Notes: generated by a model from the letters alone, not told the origin. Shown: positions 7,690 through 16,495, counted from the first letter of the stretch. The stretch is 20,000 bases of DNA from an uncultured virus (IMG/VR IMGVR_UViG_3300020048_003296) (IMGVR_UViG_3300020048_003296:47216-67215), one strand, 5' to 3'. Translations and numbers: made by a program.

Positions 7690-8505
7690 TTATCCTTGTA
7701 TCAATTTGACGGTTGCTTCAATCACACCGGTGGATGTGGTTGAATCTAATGTAAAAAACATAATACAAGAATTATTATAAACAATAGGCATACCCACGCC
7801 AGCGAAATCTTTATCCACGCCCACATTTGGCATACCCATATTTATTGCAGGCGTCAATCTTCGCGTTGCTGTTATACCCCAACTTCCTGCTGTTCCCGTT
7901 GCCGTAGTAAATCGGAAACTTTTTATACCCACGATTGGATGCCCAACATTTGGGAATATTCTTTGCGCTCGGCTGTCCTGGTTCGCAGGTGAAGTACCAC
8001 CCAATGTTACAGTAGTCGTCTGTACTGAACTCGTTGGTGAATCATAAGTAAATGTTACTACACCGCCTGTGGTTCCAATATCGGTATATATTTCAGTCCA
8101 CCATTCTACATTCGAGCAATCAGCTAAAATACCACGGTCAGTAATTCCAGAAACATTTACACCCGTTAAAGCCGTAAGCGTAGTTGCATTTGCGCTTAAT
8201 CCGCCATTAGCAAGTAATCTATCGTAAACATAAAATGAATTACTAATAGAACCAGCAACACTTAGATTTGACATATAACAAGTCAAACCAGTTGCTACCG
8301 TTATTACGCCTAATGATCCTACCAATGATGAAAGACACGTTGCGCCGGTAGCCGTTGGAATTCCTCCTTGCGCGGGCATACCGGTGCCACGCCATAATGA
8401 AGAAAATTGCCCTGCGCCTTGCGTTGCTATTGATGCTTTTGCTACGGTATAATCCACGCCCGTATTCATAGCGGCAACTAAACCATCAAACGTAGTTATA
8501 GCCAT
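7690..8505 (-). CDS. Putative virion structural protein, Thr/Gly/Ser-rich
   Basis: 271 aa, beta-rich composition; tightly coupled within the inserted module. Confidence 0.5.
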   Translation of the reverse strand: MAITTFDGLVAAMNTGVDYTVAKASIATQGAGQFSSLWRGTGMPAQGGIPTATGATCLSSLVGSLGVITVATGLTCYMSNLSVAGSISNSFYVYDRLLANGGLSANATTLTALTGVNVSGITDRGILADCSNVEWWTEIYTDIGTTGGVVTFTYDSPTSSVQTTTVTLGGTSPANQDSRAQRIFPNVGHPIVGIKSFRFTTATGTAGSWGITATRRLTPAINMGMPNVGVDKDFAGVGMPIVYNNSCIMFFTLDSTTSTGVIEATVKLIQG

Positions 8506-8507
8506 GA

Positions 8508-8897
8508 TTAATCTCCAGTCAGATTCAATGTTATTTTAATTGAACCACCACCTGCGGGCAATGTAAAAGGCGCTCCGGTAAATCGTTCAGCGTAAATCAA
8601 AACTGATCCTGCCGAATTCGTGACGGTGTACCCATAACAAGAAACTGCCGTGGTCGGTAGGAACTCTTGTTCTGCGTATGAAGCAGTGGTTATATTTGTT
8701 GCCGTCGATACAACCCAAGATCCCGTTAGTAAAGTTTTATGCGCGTATCCCGCAACCACGCATTCCGTGAAACTTCCTATAACACTGCCTTCGGTGCATG
8801 TATAATCGTTGGTATAAAGTTTTAACTTGCTTCCTTCATACGTCAACGCCCTTGTGAGTATTTCGCGCTCACCAACATCTGGTACCATTAATGCCAT
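8508..8897 (-). CDS. Putative small fibre-associated structural protein
   Basis: 129 aa; 'LKLYTND...TE...GY...W...CYGY...LIYAERF' pattern seen in small phage fibre-module proteins; strong AAGGAGG RBS. Confidence 0.55.
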   Translation of the reverse strand: MALMVPDVGEREILTRALTYEGSKLKLYTNDYTCTEGSVIGSFTECVVAGYAHKTLLTGSWVVSTATNITTASYAEQEFLPTTAVSCYGYTVTNSAGSVLIYAERFTGAPFTLPAGGGSIKITLNLTGD

Positions 8898-8908
8898 ATC
8901 ATTCCTCC

Positions 8909-9739
8909 TTAGATTAGATCAGTACGAATTACAATTTTCGAGCCAGCTGCAAATGCCGCTGCTTCTTCTATCGCGCTTGCACATTCAGTAATTAAATCAG
9001 TTAAATTAAAACCGCCTTCAGAAACTTTCATATTATTCTTCATATCAATTCCAGTTGGACCTATTTCAAATTTAACTGATTCTTCTGTGGCGCCTTCCCC
9101 ATCCACACAAAACTTTATAACAGTTCCTGGTGTTATTGTGGTTACTATTAAATTACCATCTGCCATTAAAAGGTAACCATCGTTGGGCGCCATTGCAGTG
9201 TACGATTCTCCTCCATCGTATCCTGAATTATTCATACCCAAATCAATAAAGTGTAGTTCATCTTCGCCGTTGTCTGCCGTTATAATCATATCAGCAGAAG
9301 CACTTACACCGCTATTCCTGTTCTGTAGATTTATCTGCAAATAAGAGTCAATATCGCCGCTGACACCCAATGGATTATCAGGAAGGAATATTGCATTACC
9401 AATAGACACTGCTTGTAAATCTTCATCAAATATAAAATCTTCATTACCAACGAATAAACCATTTTTTACATACGCTATTTGTTTATTAGTCATGGTTGTG
9501 GTTTGATCTGCCCACTGTGTATTAAAATCTACACTGTCAACTTTTATAAGTCGCTGTCCTATCGTACCACCAGGAGGAACGCCGGGACCAGTCGCACCAG
9601 TATTGCCAGGAACACCGCTTTGTGTAGAAACGGTAACGGCTATTGGCGCGGCTTCTGTAACTGTTACATTAAATTCATTTTCAGTAACCGCCGTAACAGT
9701 TATTACATCAGGCGGATTTACTGTTACGATTGTACTCAT
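8909..9739 (-). CDS. Putative fibre protein
   Basis: 276 aa; short collagen-like GVPGNTGATG run followed by PPGGTIGQRLIKVDSVDFNTQW, a linker pattern typical of phage fibres. Confidence 0.55.
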   Translation of the reverse strand: MSTIVTVNPPDVITVTAVTENEFNVTVTEAAPIAVTVSTQSGVPGNTGATGPGVPPGGTIGQRLIKVDSVDFNTQWADQTTTMTNKQIAYVKNGLFVGNEDFIFDEDLQAVSIGNAIFLPDNPLGVSGDIDSYLQINLQNRNSGVSASADMIITADNGEDELHFIDLGMNNSGYDGGESYTAMAPNDGYLLMADGNLIVTTITPGTVIKFCVDGEGATEESVKFEIGPTGIDMKNNMKVSEGGFNLTDLITECASAIEEAAAFAAGSKIVIRTDLI

Positions 9740-10065
9740 ATAACCTCCACCGGTCCTTCAATAAAGCGCCTTGATAATCCATTATCATCAATATATTTTA
9801 ATTTCCATGAGTGCATTCTTTCGCTTGACGTAACGCCGAGTAATGAAGTTGTGGACGCATAGAATAACGCCTGCAATGTCCCAGCGCTCGTGCTTGTTTG
9901 ATTAAGCACTGTGGGAATAACAAATGATCCTTCATTATATTCTTGTACCGTTAAAGTAAAAGTGTATAACGCAATATTGGTGAATGGTATATTAAAAGTA
10001 AAAAACATATCATCGCTTTGTGATAGTTTAATAGTTTCAGTTCCGGGCACTTGTTCTATCGCCAT
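9736..10065 (-). CDS. Putative fibre adaptor (small beta-sandwich, BppU-N-like)
   Basis: 109 aa; 'IKLSQSDD...F' start and 'RRFIEGPVEV' end fit small phage adaptor domains; first gene of the module. Confidence 0.4.
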   Translation of the reverse strand: MAIEQVPGTETIKLSQSDDMFFTFNIPFTNIALYTFTLTVQEYNEGSFVIPTVLNQTSTSAGTLQALFYASTTSLLGVTSSERMHSWKLKYIDDNGLSRRFIEGPVEVI

Positions 10066-10078
10066 AAGTAACCTCCTT

Positions 10079-11106
10079 TTATTCGCTATTCAAATCTTCG
10101 GCATTAAATGCGCCGATTATCTTTTCTAAACTAGATGACGTTTTACGCTTTGGCCTTGAAGTGGTTGGCCCATAATTCTTTTTCCACTCATCGTATGTCT
10201 GATATGGAATTACTCCTTGGTCCCGCGTGCGCCTTAATTGGGGTGCGTATCCATCAACTTCAAATCGCGTACGGCATCTGCAATTAATTGATTCTTCAGC
10301 CGGCAAATCACGATCTAATGGATATAATGCGGGCCATCCATTTATAACGAATTTACCTTTCACGCCTTTTTCGCCTTTTACTTGTCCATCTGCATCTCTA
10401 TGACTATCGCGTGTGCGATTATCTAATGCGGCATCCCAAACCTCATTACCTTCTATTCCTTTATTTTTTGCTGTTAAATATAAATCATATTGCGCCGTAT
10501 TTATTGCACGTTGCCCTTCCGTGCGTACTATTCTCAATGCTTTATAGGCAATCATGTTCAATGCCTTTTGGATATCTCTCATCATTTTAGAATAACTTTT
10601 ACCTTGTGATAAACCATTTAATAATGCACTGCGAATTAATCTTGGTGCATCGGCTTTATATTTTTTTAATGCTTCTATAATTTCTATATTCTTTGGATTA
10701 GTTATAGAAAATAATTCCATTACTGTATCGGGGTTTATATTACCATATGAAAGACGCACGCCATTTCCATTATCCATCGCCCATGCATATTCAAAAAAAG
10801 ATTCATTATACATTTGTGGGCTTAATCGTCTGATGTCTTTTATGGTATCGGTAATGGCTGGATCGATAATGGCAAGCATTTGCTTTTCCATCGTTATATA
10901 TTTATTATACTTTGTCATCTCGGCGCGTNNNNNNNNNNGCGTGTTAAGATTCCGTTGGTTGCGTATTTTTCATAAAGCTTGGACATTTCGCCACGCATAG
11001 AAGTCAGGGCCTGAGCAAGTGTTTCTTGAACTTTATTCTCATTTTGTTTGAGGCGTTTTTGCAATTCATCATATACACGTTGCTCAAGCTCTGACAGTGT
11101 TTTCAT
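10079..11106 (-). CDS. Minor head morphogenesis protein (MuF / SPP1 gp7-like), split by an N gap
   Basis: RIVRTE, WDAALDNRTRDSHRDADGQ and ESINCRC motifs. The gap flanks (10929-10938) overlap by ACGC; joining them gives one ~337-aa frame (...NGILTRAEMTKY...). Confidence 0.85.
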
Positions 11107-11108
11107 TA

Positions 11109-11375
11109 TTAAATCCCGCTACCTTTTCTACGCATATTTTCATTCCAATGCTCTTGGTCCTTTTTGCTTATTGGCTTTCCTGTACGTGGGTCTTTCCTAC
11201 GATTCTTTTTTAGTAATGAGTTTTTAAAATCTTGTTTTTCTTTAACTACTTTTTTCATACTTCCAATTGCATTAGCAACACGTGGTTTTACTTTTCCGCT
11301 TGTTTTGGGTTTATTTTTAAATATACCTGGATTTGATCCGCTATTCTTTTTCCTTCCTGATCCTGGTCCACCCAT
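11109..11375 (-). CDS. Basic microprotein with MGGPGSGR leader (copy 3)
   Basis: 88 aa, 26 Lys+Arg; AAGGAG RBS; 1 nt after the upstream stop codon. Confidence 0.75.
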   Translation of the reverse strand: MGGPGSGRKKNSGSNPGIFKNKPKTSGKVKPRVANAIGSMKKVVKEKQDFKNSLLKKNRRKDPRTGKPISKKDQEHWNENMRRKGSGI

Positions 11376-11376
11376 G

Positions 11377-11592
11377 TTATTCTCCTTTATCCTCTACCAA
11401 TAATTTACTTAACGCGATATAACCGCGCGTTAGCCTTGATTCATATTCCGTAATCTCATTTGTCTTGTACACTATTTTATTTCTAATTGCGTCTTGATCC
11501 AACATAAGATTTGCCAATTCTTTCTTTGCAACCCTTACCGCAATTTCGTCTTTCTTCAACTCAACCAATTTGTTTTCTGTTTTGTTATTCAT
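11377..11592 (-). CDS. Hypothetical coiled-coil protein
   Basis: 71 aa with heptad-like Leu/Ile spacing; TAATG coupling to copy 2. Confidence 0.55.
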   Translation of the reverse strand: MNNKTENKLVELKKDEIAVRVAKKELANLMLDQDAIRNKIVYKTNEITEYESRLTRGYIALSKLLVEDKGE

Positions 11593-11792
11593 TATTTATT
11601 ATTGCCCATTGGTTTTCTGCCCAACTTTTTATTAGTTGCTCGGAATGATTCTTTTACTAAACCGCCAGCTTTATTTATACGCGCTTTTCTTTCAAGCATA
11701 TCCGTTTTTTGCTTTTGCCGCAAAACTTTAGTATTACCCCTGCCTTTATTACCCGCCGAACCTTTTCTACGTCCCGATCCTGGTCCACCCAT
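11592..11792 (-). CDS. Basic microprotein with MGGPGSGR leader (copy 2)
   Basis: 66 aa, 20 Lys+Arg; GGAGG RBS; 1 nt after the portal stop codon. Confidence 0.75.
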   Translation of the reverse strand: MGGPGSGRRKGSAGNKGRGNTKVLRQKQKTDMLERKARINKAGGLVKESFRATNKKLGRKPMGNNK

Positions 11793-11793
11793 G

Positions 11794-13311
11794 TTATGCC
11801 TCCCCTGTTATATTTTCTTCAGTTGTAATTTCTTCACCCAATCCCATATCAGTTCCCAGTGGATTCATTTCTAACAATTCCTCTGCCTCCTTTTGCTGCC
11901 TCATTAATTCTGCCTGCACATCCGGACACAATTCGCTTCCCAATGCGCTGGTTACTAAATATGAACTCATGCCTGCCGTCTTTAATTGATTTGCCACCTG
12001 CGCGTTTTCTAATGTATCATCAGGCAGATTCCTTTTATGCACAATAGTAAAATCATCAGGCGTACCAATCGGCTTTCCTGTCCTTGCGTATACAATAGTT
12101 ATTAATCTTATACGCTCGATTAATCCTACATCGAAATCCGCATCCGTACTGCTTATAAGATTCTCGAAATCAAATAGTAATCTTTTAATAGCCCGGCCAC
12201 TTGCGCCTGCCATTTTATCTGAAGTGAAATCCGGTACATGGGACTGGACGTGAATCTGTTCCCGTAATGCGTCTTTCATAAATTGAATAAACCCAGTAGG
12301 TATATCTTTTGTCAAAAACTTTATATCAGCATCTGCGGGAACGTGCTCGAAAATCCTTGACCGTTTTAAGTTGGCAAGTGCATTTGAGAATACGCCAGGC
12401 GTTTTCATTTTAACGGGATCGGTCAATCCGAACTTCTTCATAATTAAATATGCAAATGCGAAACGGTCAAACTCATTCATGGAATCGCTATACAAAACAT
12501 CGAGCGCGTCTATTAAACCCAATACCGTTCTTATTACACCCATCATTTCATCGCCGAAATAATACGGAACGATTGGAACAGCACCATAAAAGTTTACTGC
12601 CATCGGTTTTATTATATCAGGCGTTAATATCCATTGGCTCATATCGTTAGATGAGCGAGTCATGGTATAAAACTCTACACGATCTGCATAATAAACTTCT
12701 ACCTTTTTTGTATCATCGGTAATGCGATAAAAACGTATGCCCATTTTGGGTTTAGGTTCAGGGCTATAATCATATAACAATATTATTTCACGCGGGTCTG
12801 CAACAAAGAACTTGGGTTCTGCTTTTACACTCGTGGATTCCGTATCGATCATTCCATCTATATAAAGCACTTCATAGGACATTCCAAATATACATGAATT
12901 ACGGAAACCACGTGAAGTTTTTATATGTTCATTATTTAGATTGTATGTTTTCTGCAATTCCTTTACATACGCTTCTTCTTTTGTTAATGATTCTTTTATT
13001 GTTTCTGCGGATGCGTCTGAATCGTTTTCAAGGCTTGCGTCTTGTTCCGTATTTGGGCGTAATGAAATATAACGAGGGCGGGCGCCATATCCCACGCATG
13101 TATTCACTATTTTACGACCATACGAAACAACTATTTTATTATCGGGATTATTCGCATCCACTTTCTTGCGCTTCAATATAGAAACATTATGGCCTGTATA
13201 ATATGCCCACAAATTATCGAGCGTGGGAACTTCTACACGGATATATGTTTCAATATTATTTAATATATCCTCTTTGGTTAATACTTCTTTATCCGTCTTT
13301 TGTATATTCAT
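11794..13311 (-). CDS. Portal protein (SPP1 gp6-like)
   Basis: 505 aa after terL; LWAYYTG...PDNKIVVSYGRKIV, YGAVPIV, LIDALD...SDSMNE, HVPDFT...ASGRAIK motifs. Confidence 0.92.
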   Translation of the reverse strand: MNIQKTDKEVLTKEDILNNIETYIRVEVPTLDNLWAYYTGHNVSILKRKKVDANNPDNKIVVSYGRKIVNTCVGYGARPRYISLRPNTEQDASLENDSDASAETIKESLTKEEAYVKELQKTYNLNNEHIKTSRGFRNSCIFGMSYEVLYIDGMIDTESTSVKAEPKFFVADPREIILLYDYSPEPKPKMGIRFYRITDDTKKVEVYYADRVEFYTMTRSSNDMSQWILTPDIIKPMAVNFYGAVPIVPYYFGDEMMGVIRTVLGLIDALDVLYSDSMNEFDRFAFAYLIMKKFGLTDPVKMKTPGVFSNALANLKRSRIFEHVPADADIKFLTKDIPTGFIQFMKDALREQIHVQSHVPDFTSDKMAGASGRAIKRLLFDFENLISSTDADFDVGLIERIRLITIVYARTGKPIGTPDDFTIVHKRNLPDDTLENAQVANQLKTAGMSSYLVTSALGSELCPDVQAELMRQQKEAEELLEMNPLGTDMGLGEEITTEENITGEA

Positions 13312-13322
13312 TTATTTGCTCC

Positions 13323-14579
13323 TTATAATCCTAAATCATCCGCGCTATATTCAAGTGGCTCATAGGTTATATTCCTATTATCCCAAATATATTCTGATCC
13401 GTATCTCAATGCTGCTATTCCATCATCATTTATTTCTACGAAATCCTCAGTCACGTTTCCGTGCTTATCTTCACGCCTTTTAAATAATTGTATTTCTTTT
13501 GCGATATTAGAACATTTGGTTGCGTGTATATGTATTCTTAATCCGGTTAAATATTCAACACCAAAGCGAACTGATCCTGGGCCTTTCTTTGCGGCTTCAA
13601 CTTTGTATCCTGCTTCTTGCCATTCTTTTATTTTATCGGGATTCGCGCTATCCGCCGTTATATACATAGAACGCAAAACATCCTCGCCGAAATGTTCTGC
13701 CGCATGTTCCATGAATCGTGAATTGATTTGCCCACGCTCGTGTAGTTCATCAAATACATATAATTCGCCGTCTTTAAATCCTGCGCGTTCTAATGCTTGC
13801 GCGTGTGTATGCCCAAAGTCTAATCCATTGAATACGCCTTCCAAATCGTCTTCAGTATAATCAAACTCCTCTATAATATAATTTGTGAATACGCCATTAC
13901 TGAATATACCCCAATTACCAAGGACATATACATTTTTATAATATGGATCATCGATTGCTTCCATACGTGCGATAATTTTAGGCGATAAAAATATATTATG
14001 TTTATATGTAGATTCATGTATTAATGTTCCTGGTATTACATTATTAAAGTATTTTAGTTTAATCCAATGTTGCGCTGATATAGGATTGAACGTCATTCCA
14101 CCTTGAAAGAAACAATAATCAGGACCACGTAAGCGTAATGATAATTGGTTAATATCATCCGGTGTCATTTGGTCGGCTTCTTCTGCCCAAAATGCAGTGG
14201 GATTAGTAAATGATTTTAATTTGTTTACATCGTCTAATCCCACGCCTAATAAATCGTTTCCGTTTATTTTACATATTAAATTAGATTCAGTGTTATTATA
14301 TGAAAATAATCCTTCTAAGTTCCAATCAAGTAAAACTTCTCTACATGCATCGTAGACAGAATGTTTTACATCTTTTTTTACTTTCCTGCATAACAAGCCA
14401 CGATAATACTTTTCTGTTATTGCATGATAAACCATTTTCTGTGCATATGAATATGATTTAGAACTATTCGCGCCGCCCTTTAATATTTGTAAGGGCGTGC
14501 GATCTTTAACAAGAGAACGGAAGTGAGGATTCATCTTTTGAGTTATTGCACCTTTAAGATTTACCTCAATTGCTTCCAT
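13323..14579 (-). CDS. terL: Terminase large subunit (PBSX family)
   Basis: 418 aa; Walker A-like GGANSSKS, Walker B WAEEA, TFNP, and nuclease motifs GLDFG, ADSANP, DDGIAALRY. Confidence 0.95.
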   Translation of the reverse strand: MEAIEVNLKGAITQKMNPHFRSLVKDRTPLQILKGGANSSKSYSYAQKMVYHAITEKYYRGLLCRKVKKDVKHSVYDACREVLLDWNLEGLFSYNNTESNLICKINGNDLLGVGLDDVNKLKSFTNPTAFWAEEADQMTPDDINQLSLRLRGPDYCFFQGGMTFNPISAQHWIKLKYFNNVIPGTLIHESTYKHNIFLSPKIIARMEAIDDPYYKNVYVLGNWGIFSNGVFTNYIIEEFDYTEDDLEGVFNGLDFGHTHAQALERAGFKDGELYVFDELHERGQINSRFMEHAAEHFGEDVLRSMYITADSANPDKIKEWQEAGYKVEAAKKGPGSVRFGVEYLTGLRIHIHATKCSNIAKEIQLFKRREDKHGNVTEDFVEINDDGIAALRYGSEYIWDNRNITYEPLEYSADDLGL

Positions 14580-14585
14580 ATTATC

Positions 14586-14768
14586 CTATTTGGCCGAAAA
14601 AAATGATGGGACATTAACACCAGATTTTTTTGCGGCTTTTCTCTGTCGCTCATTATGTAGTTGTTGCCCTCGTTTGGCCCTTTCTTCCGCTGACATTTTT
14701 TTCTTGGACGCCGCTTTACTCTTTCCACCACCTGATCCCTTTTTTCTTCCGCTTCCTGGTCCACCCAT
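14586..14768 (-). CDS. Basic microprotein with MGGPGSGR leader (copy 1)
   Basis: 60 aa, 17 Lys+Arg; AAGGAG RBS; ends 6 nt before terL. Confidence 0.75.
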   Translation of the reverse strand: MGGPGSGRKKGSGGGKSKAASKKKMSAEERAKRGQQLHNERQRKAAKKSGVNVPSFFSAK

Positions 14769-14771
14769 TGT

Positions 14772-15029
14772 TTACTCCTTTATAAAACTATTCTGTAGCA
14801 ATTTGATTGTATTAGGCATAACGCCTTCAAATGCTAATGATAACCTGCGCTTGAACTTTAACCAATGCAATTTCTTTTTCTTACTATAAAACTTATACCA
14901 TTTTGGTTTCTTTCGTGGTGCAAATAAAAATGGCGGAACTATTAAATACCTAGAATCAAGTGGTGTGGTTTTTGCACATTCAAATAGTTTATCCATTATA
15001 TCAAATGCGTCTTTTAATGAATCACTCAT
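14772..15029 (-). CDS. Hypothetical basic protein between terS and terL
   Basis: Start reassigned from 15077 to ATG 15029 (GAGG RBS, ATGAGTGA overlap with the terS stop); 85 aa. Confidence 0.5.
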   Translation of the reverse strand: MSDSLKDAFDIMDKLFECAKTTPLDSRYLIVPPFLFAPRKKPKWYKFYSKKKKLHWLKFKRRLSLAFEGVMPNTIKLLQNSFIKE

Positions 15030-15528
15030 CTTTTTCCTCGATTTCATCCGGTATAACTTTATACCCAATATTTCCACTATGTTCTATTTCCTGTTTATCG
15101 CGCCATCGATCTGGGTATCTATTTTTTAGATATAACATTGCCGCGCCTTCATTCGGTGGCAATTCCTTTTTTGTTTTGCGTATGAGTTCCATTCTGTATT
15201 TTGATTTTACTGGTTTACCATTCTTACCTTTTATCATTTTTGGTTCATATATTTTTTCTTCAATAGTCATTCCCATACCGCGATTAAATAAAGCATTTTC
15301 CAATCTTTCCATTGGTTCTTTTTTACCATCTGCATGCGCTTTAAATAATTCTGGGTAATCTTTTTTCCATTTGATGAATGTGGGTTCTGTGATTAATAAA
15401 ATATCACATATTTCTTTGTCAATAAAACCTTTGGATGCAAGTTGTTTTACAATCGCGCAGTATTTAGGATCATACTTTGAAGGCGCGCCAAGAGGCTTTT
15501 TTATTGTTTTAGTTTTTTTCGTTGCCAT
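15022..15528 (-). CDS. terS: Terminase small subunit
   Basis: GAPSKY + HTH-like segment (KEIC...TFIKWKKDYPE) and PPNEGAAMLYLKNRYPDRWRDKQE; upstream of terL. Confidence 0.85.
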   Translation of the reverse strand: MATKKTKTIKKPLGAPSKYDPKYCAIVKQLASKGFIDKEICDILLITEPTFIKWKKDYPELFKAHADGKKEPMERLENALFNRGMGMTIEEKIYEPKMIKGKNGKPVKSKYRMELIRKTKKELPPNEGAAMLYLKNRYPDRWRDKQEIEHSGNIGYKVIPDEIEEKDE

Positions 15529-15534
15529 AATGTG

Positions 15535-15543
15535 ATTATAACA
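15535..15543 (-). promoter_or_regulatory. Extended -10 promoter (TGnTATAAT), probably giving a leaderless terS mRNA
   Basis: TG-T-TATAAT-CACATT-ATG, with no Shine-Dalgarno sequence before terS. Confidence 0.55.
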
Positions 15544-15601
15544 TATTGTTAAGAAAATAAAAAGACGTTAAAATGCGTGCTGTTTTCACATAGAAATGTA
15601 T

Positions 15602-15757
15602 TTATTTTGTTAAAAGCAATTTTCTATATTCTTCTTGCGTGCAATCAACTTCCATATATTCATTATCTTGTAATTTTATATATAATGCATGCACTTCTAA
15701 ATCATAATAAAAATGAACAATAAATCTATCATTAAAATATTGATTATCTATTATCAT
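15602..15757 (-). CDS. Small protein not in the ORF track (51 aa), weakly KTSC-like
   Basis: MIIDNQYFNDRFIVHFYYDLEVHALYIKLQDNEYMEVDCTQEEYRKLLLTK, preceded by AAAGGGG; fills the gap after DUF4406. Confidence 0.45.
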   Translation of the reverse strand: MIIDNQYFNDRFIVHFYYDLEVHALYIKLQDNEYMEVDCTQEEYRKLLLTK

Positions 15758-15771
15758 TATATTTTACCCCT

Positions 15772-16119
15772 TTATAAACATTCTGCCATTGTTATTTTAT
15801 CTGCGGTATCGTCTACATAATCATTTGGACATTCAAATAAAAGATTGAATGATAATGATTCTGCGATATGATATTCAAGTAACGCACCTTTTGATTTCGT
15901 CCAACCTTTCAGCATATAAATGGTATCGCACGTGAGTAAATGTATTATATCCTGTTTCATGTATTCTTTCCAAACAAGATGGGCGGGATCGGGAAGCGTG
16001 GTTGGATCTACTATTGCAATATCTGAACCATATAATTCTTTTAAATGGTCGTATGCCTTATTGAACTTTATTTTAAAATCAGGGGAATCTGATATTGGAC
16101 CAGATATATATATTTTCAT
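15772..16119 (-). CDS. DUF4406 family protein (nucleoside 2-deoxyribosyltransferase-like fold)
   Basis: KIYISGPIS...F...W.EYM..DI..L..CDTIYMLKGW..SKGA.LE. Confidence 0.85.
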   Translation of the reverse strand: MKIYISGPISDSPDFKIKFNKAYDHLKELYGSDIAIVDPTTLPDPAHLVWKEYMKQDIIHLLTCDTIYMLKGWTKSKGALLEYHIAESLSFNLLFECPNDYVDDTADKITMAECL

Positions 16120-16304
16120 TTCTTTTTTCCTTTCGGTAATCCACCTAATCCTATTGATTCATTTAATTGTGGTTCTTTTGGAATGATTGGTTGCGGTTTA
16201 TTAGAATTAATATATCCAATACAATTTTTACCGCAACCTTCATAAGAAAAATTGCAGTCTTGCTTATGAATATTGACGCACGTGGTTTCTGTTCTTGGTT
16301 TCAT
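16116..16304 (-). CDS. Hypothetical small Cys-containing protein
   Basis: 62 aa with 4 Cys; ATGA overlaps on both sides. Confidence 0.5.
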   Translation of the reverse strand: MKPRTETTCVNIHKQDCNFSYEGCGKNCIGYINSNKPQPIIPKEPQLNESIGLGGLPKGKKK

Positions 16305-16495
16305 TTGCTTTTCTCCTTTATTTCTTTTGTCGTGTTTATTATTTCATCGAAAATGCGTTTCTTTTGCCATACCGATAAAACTGCATTAATAATTCTTTCA
16401 ATGCCTGATGCTATTACCGTTATCAATAAAACTGTTCCGAGCCATGTCCAAAATGATGATAAAACAAATCTTAATAAATCATTCACCATGTCCAT
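16301..16495 (-). CDS. Hypothetical single-pass membrane protein
   Basis: 64 aa with hydrophobic segment FVLSSFWTWLGTVLLITVIASGI. Confidence 0.55.
   Translation of the reverse strand: MDMVNDLLRFVLSSFWTWLGTVLLITVIASGIERIINAVLSVWQKKRIFDEIINTTKEIKEKSK

Noticed and set aside
10915..11106. Separate 63-aa gene, or frameshifted/pseudogene MuF
   Set aside because: The break coincides with the 10-N gap; the flanks overlap by ACGC and merge into one open frame.
14561..14764. Alternative-frame 67-aa ORF overlapping microprotein copy 1 (also 7470-7652 inside the repeat gene)
   Set aside because: The SD spacing and four-fold conserved leader support the MGGPGSGR frame; the alternatives are nested same-strand shadows.
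6556..14768. N-myristoylation signal (MGxxxS) or histone-tail mimicry (SGRKKG) in the microproteins
   Set aside because: The pattern fits formally, but this is a bacteriophage-type genome with SD-led genes and bacteria lack the eukaryotic N-myristoyltransferase; nothing in the window points to a eukaryotic context.
6556..14768. MGGPGSGRK as a P-loop (GGPGSGK of nucleotide kinases)
   Set aside because: It lies at the extreme N-terminus with no preceding beta strand, has R-K/R rather than K-S/T, and the proteins are too short and low-complexity for an NTPase fold.
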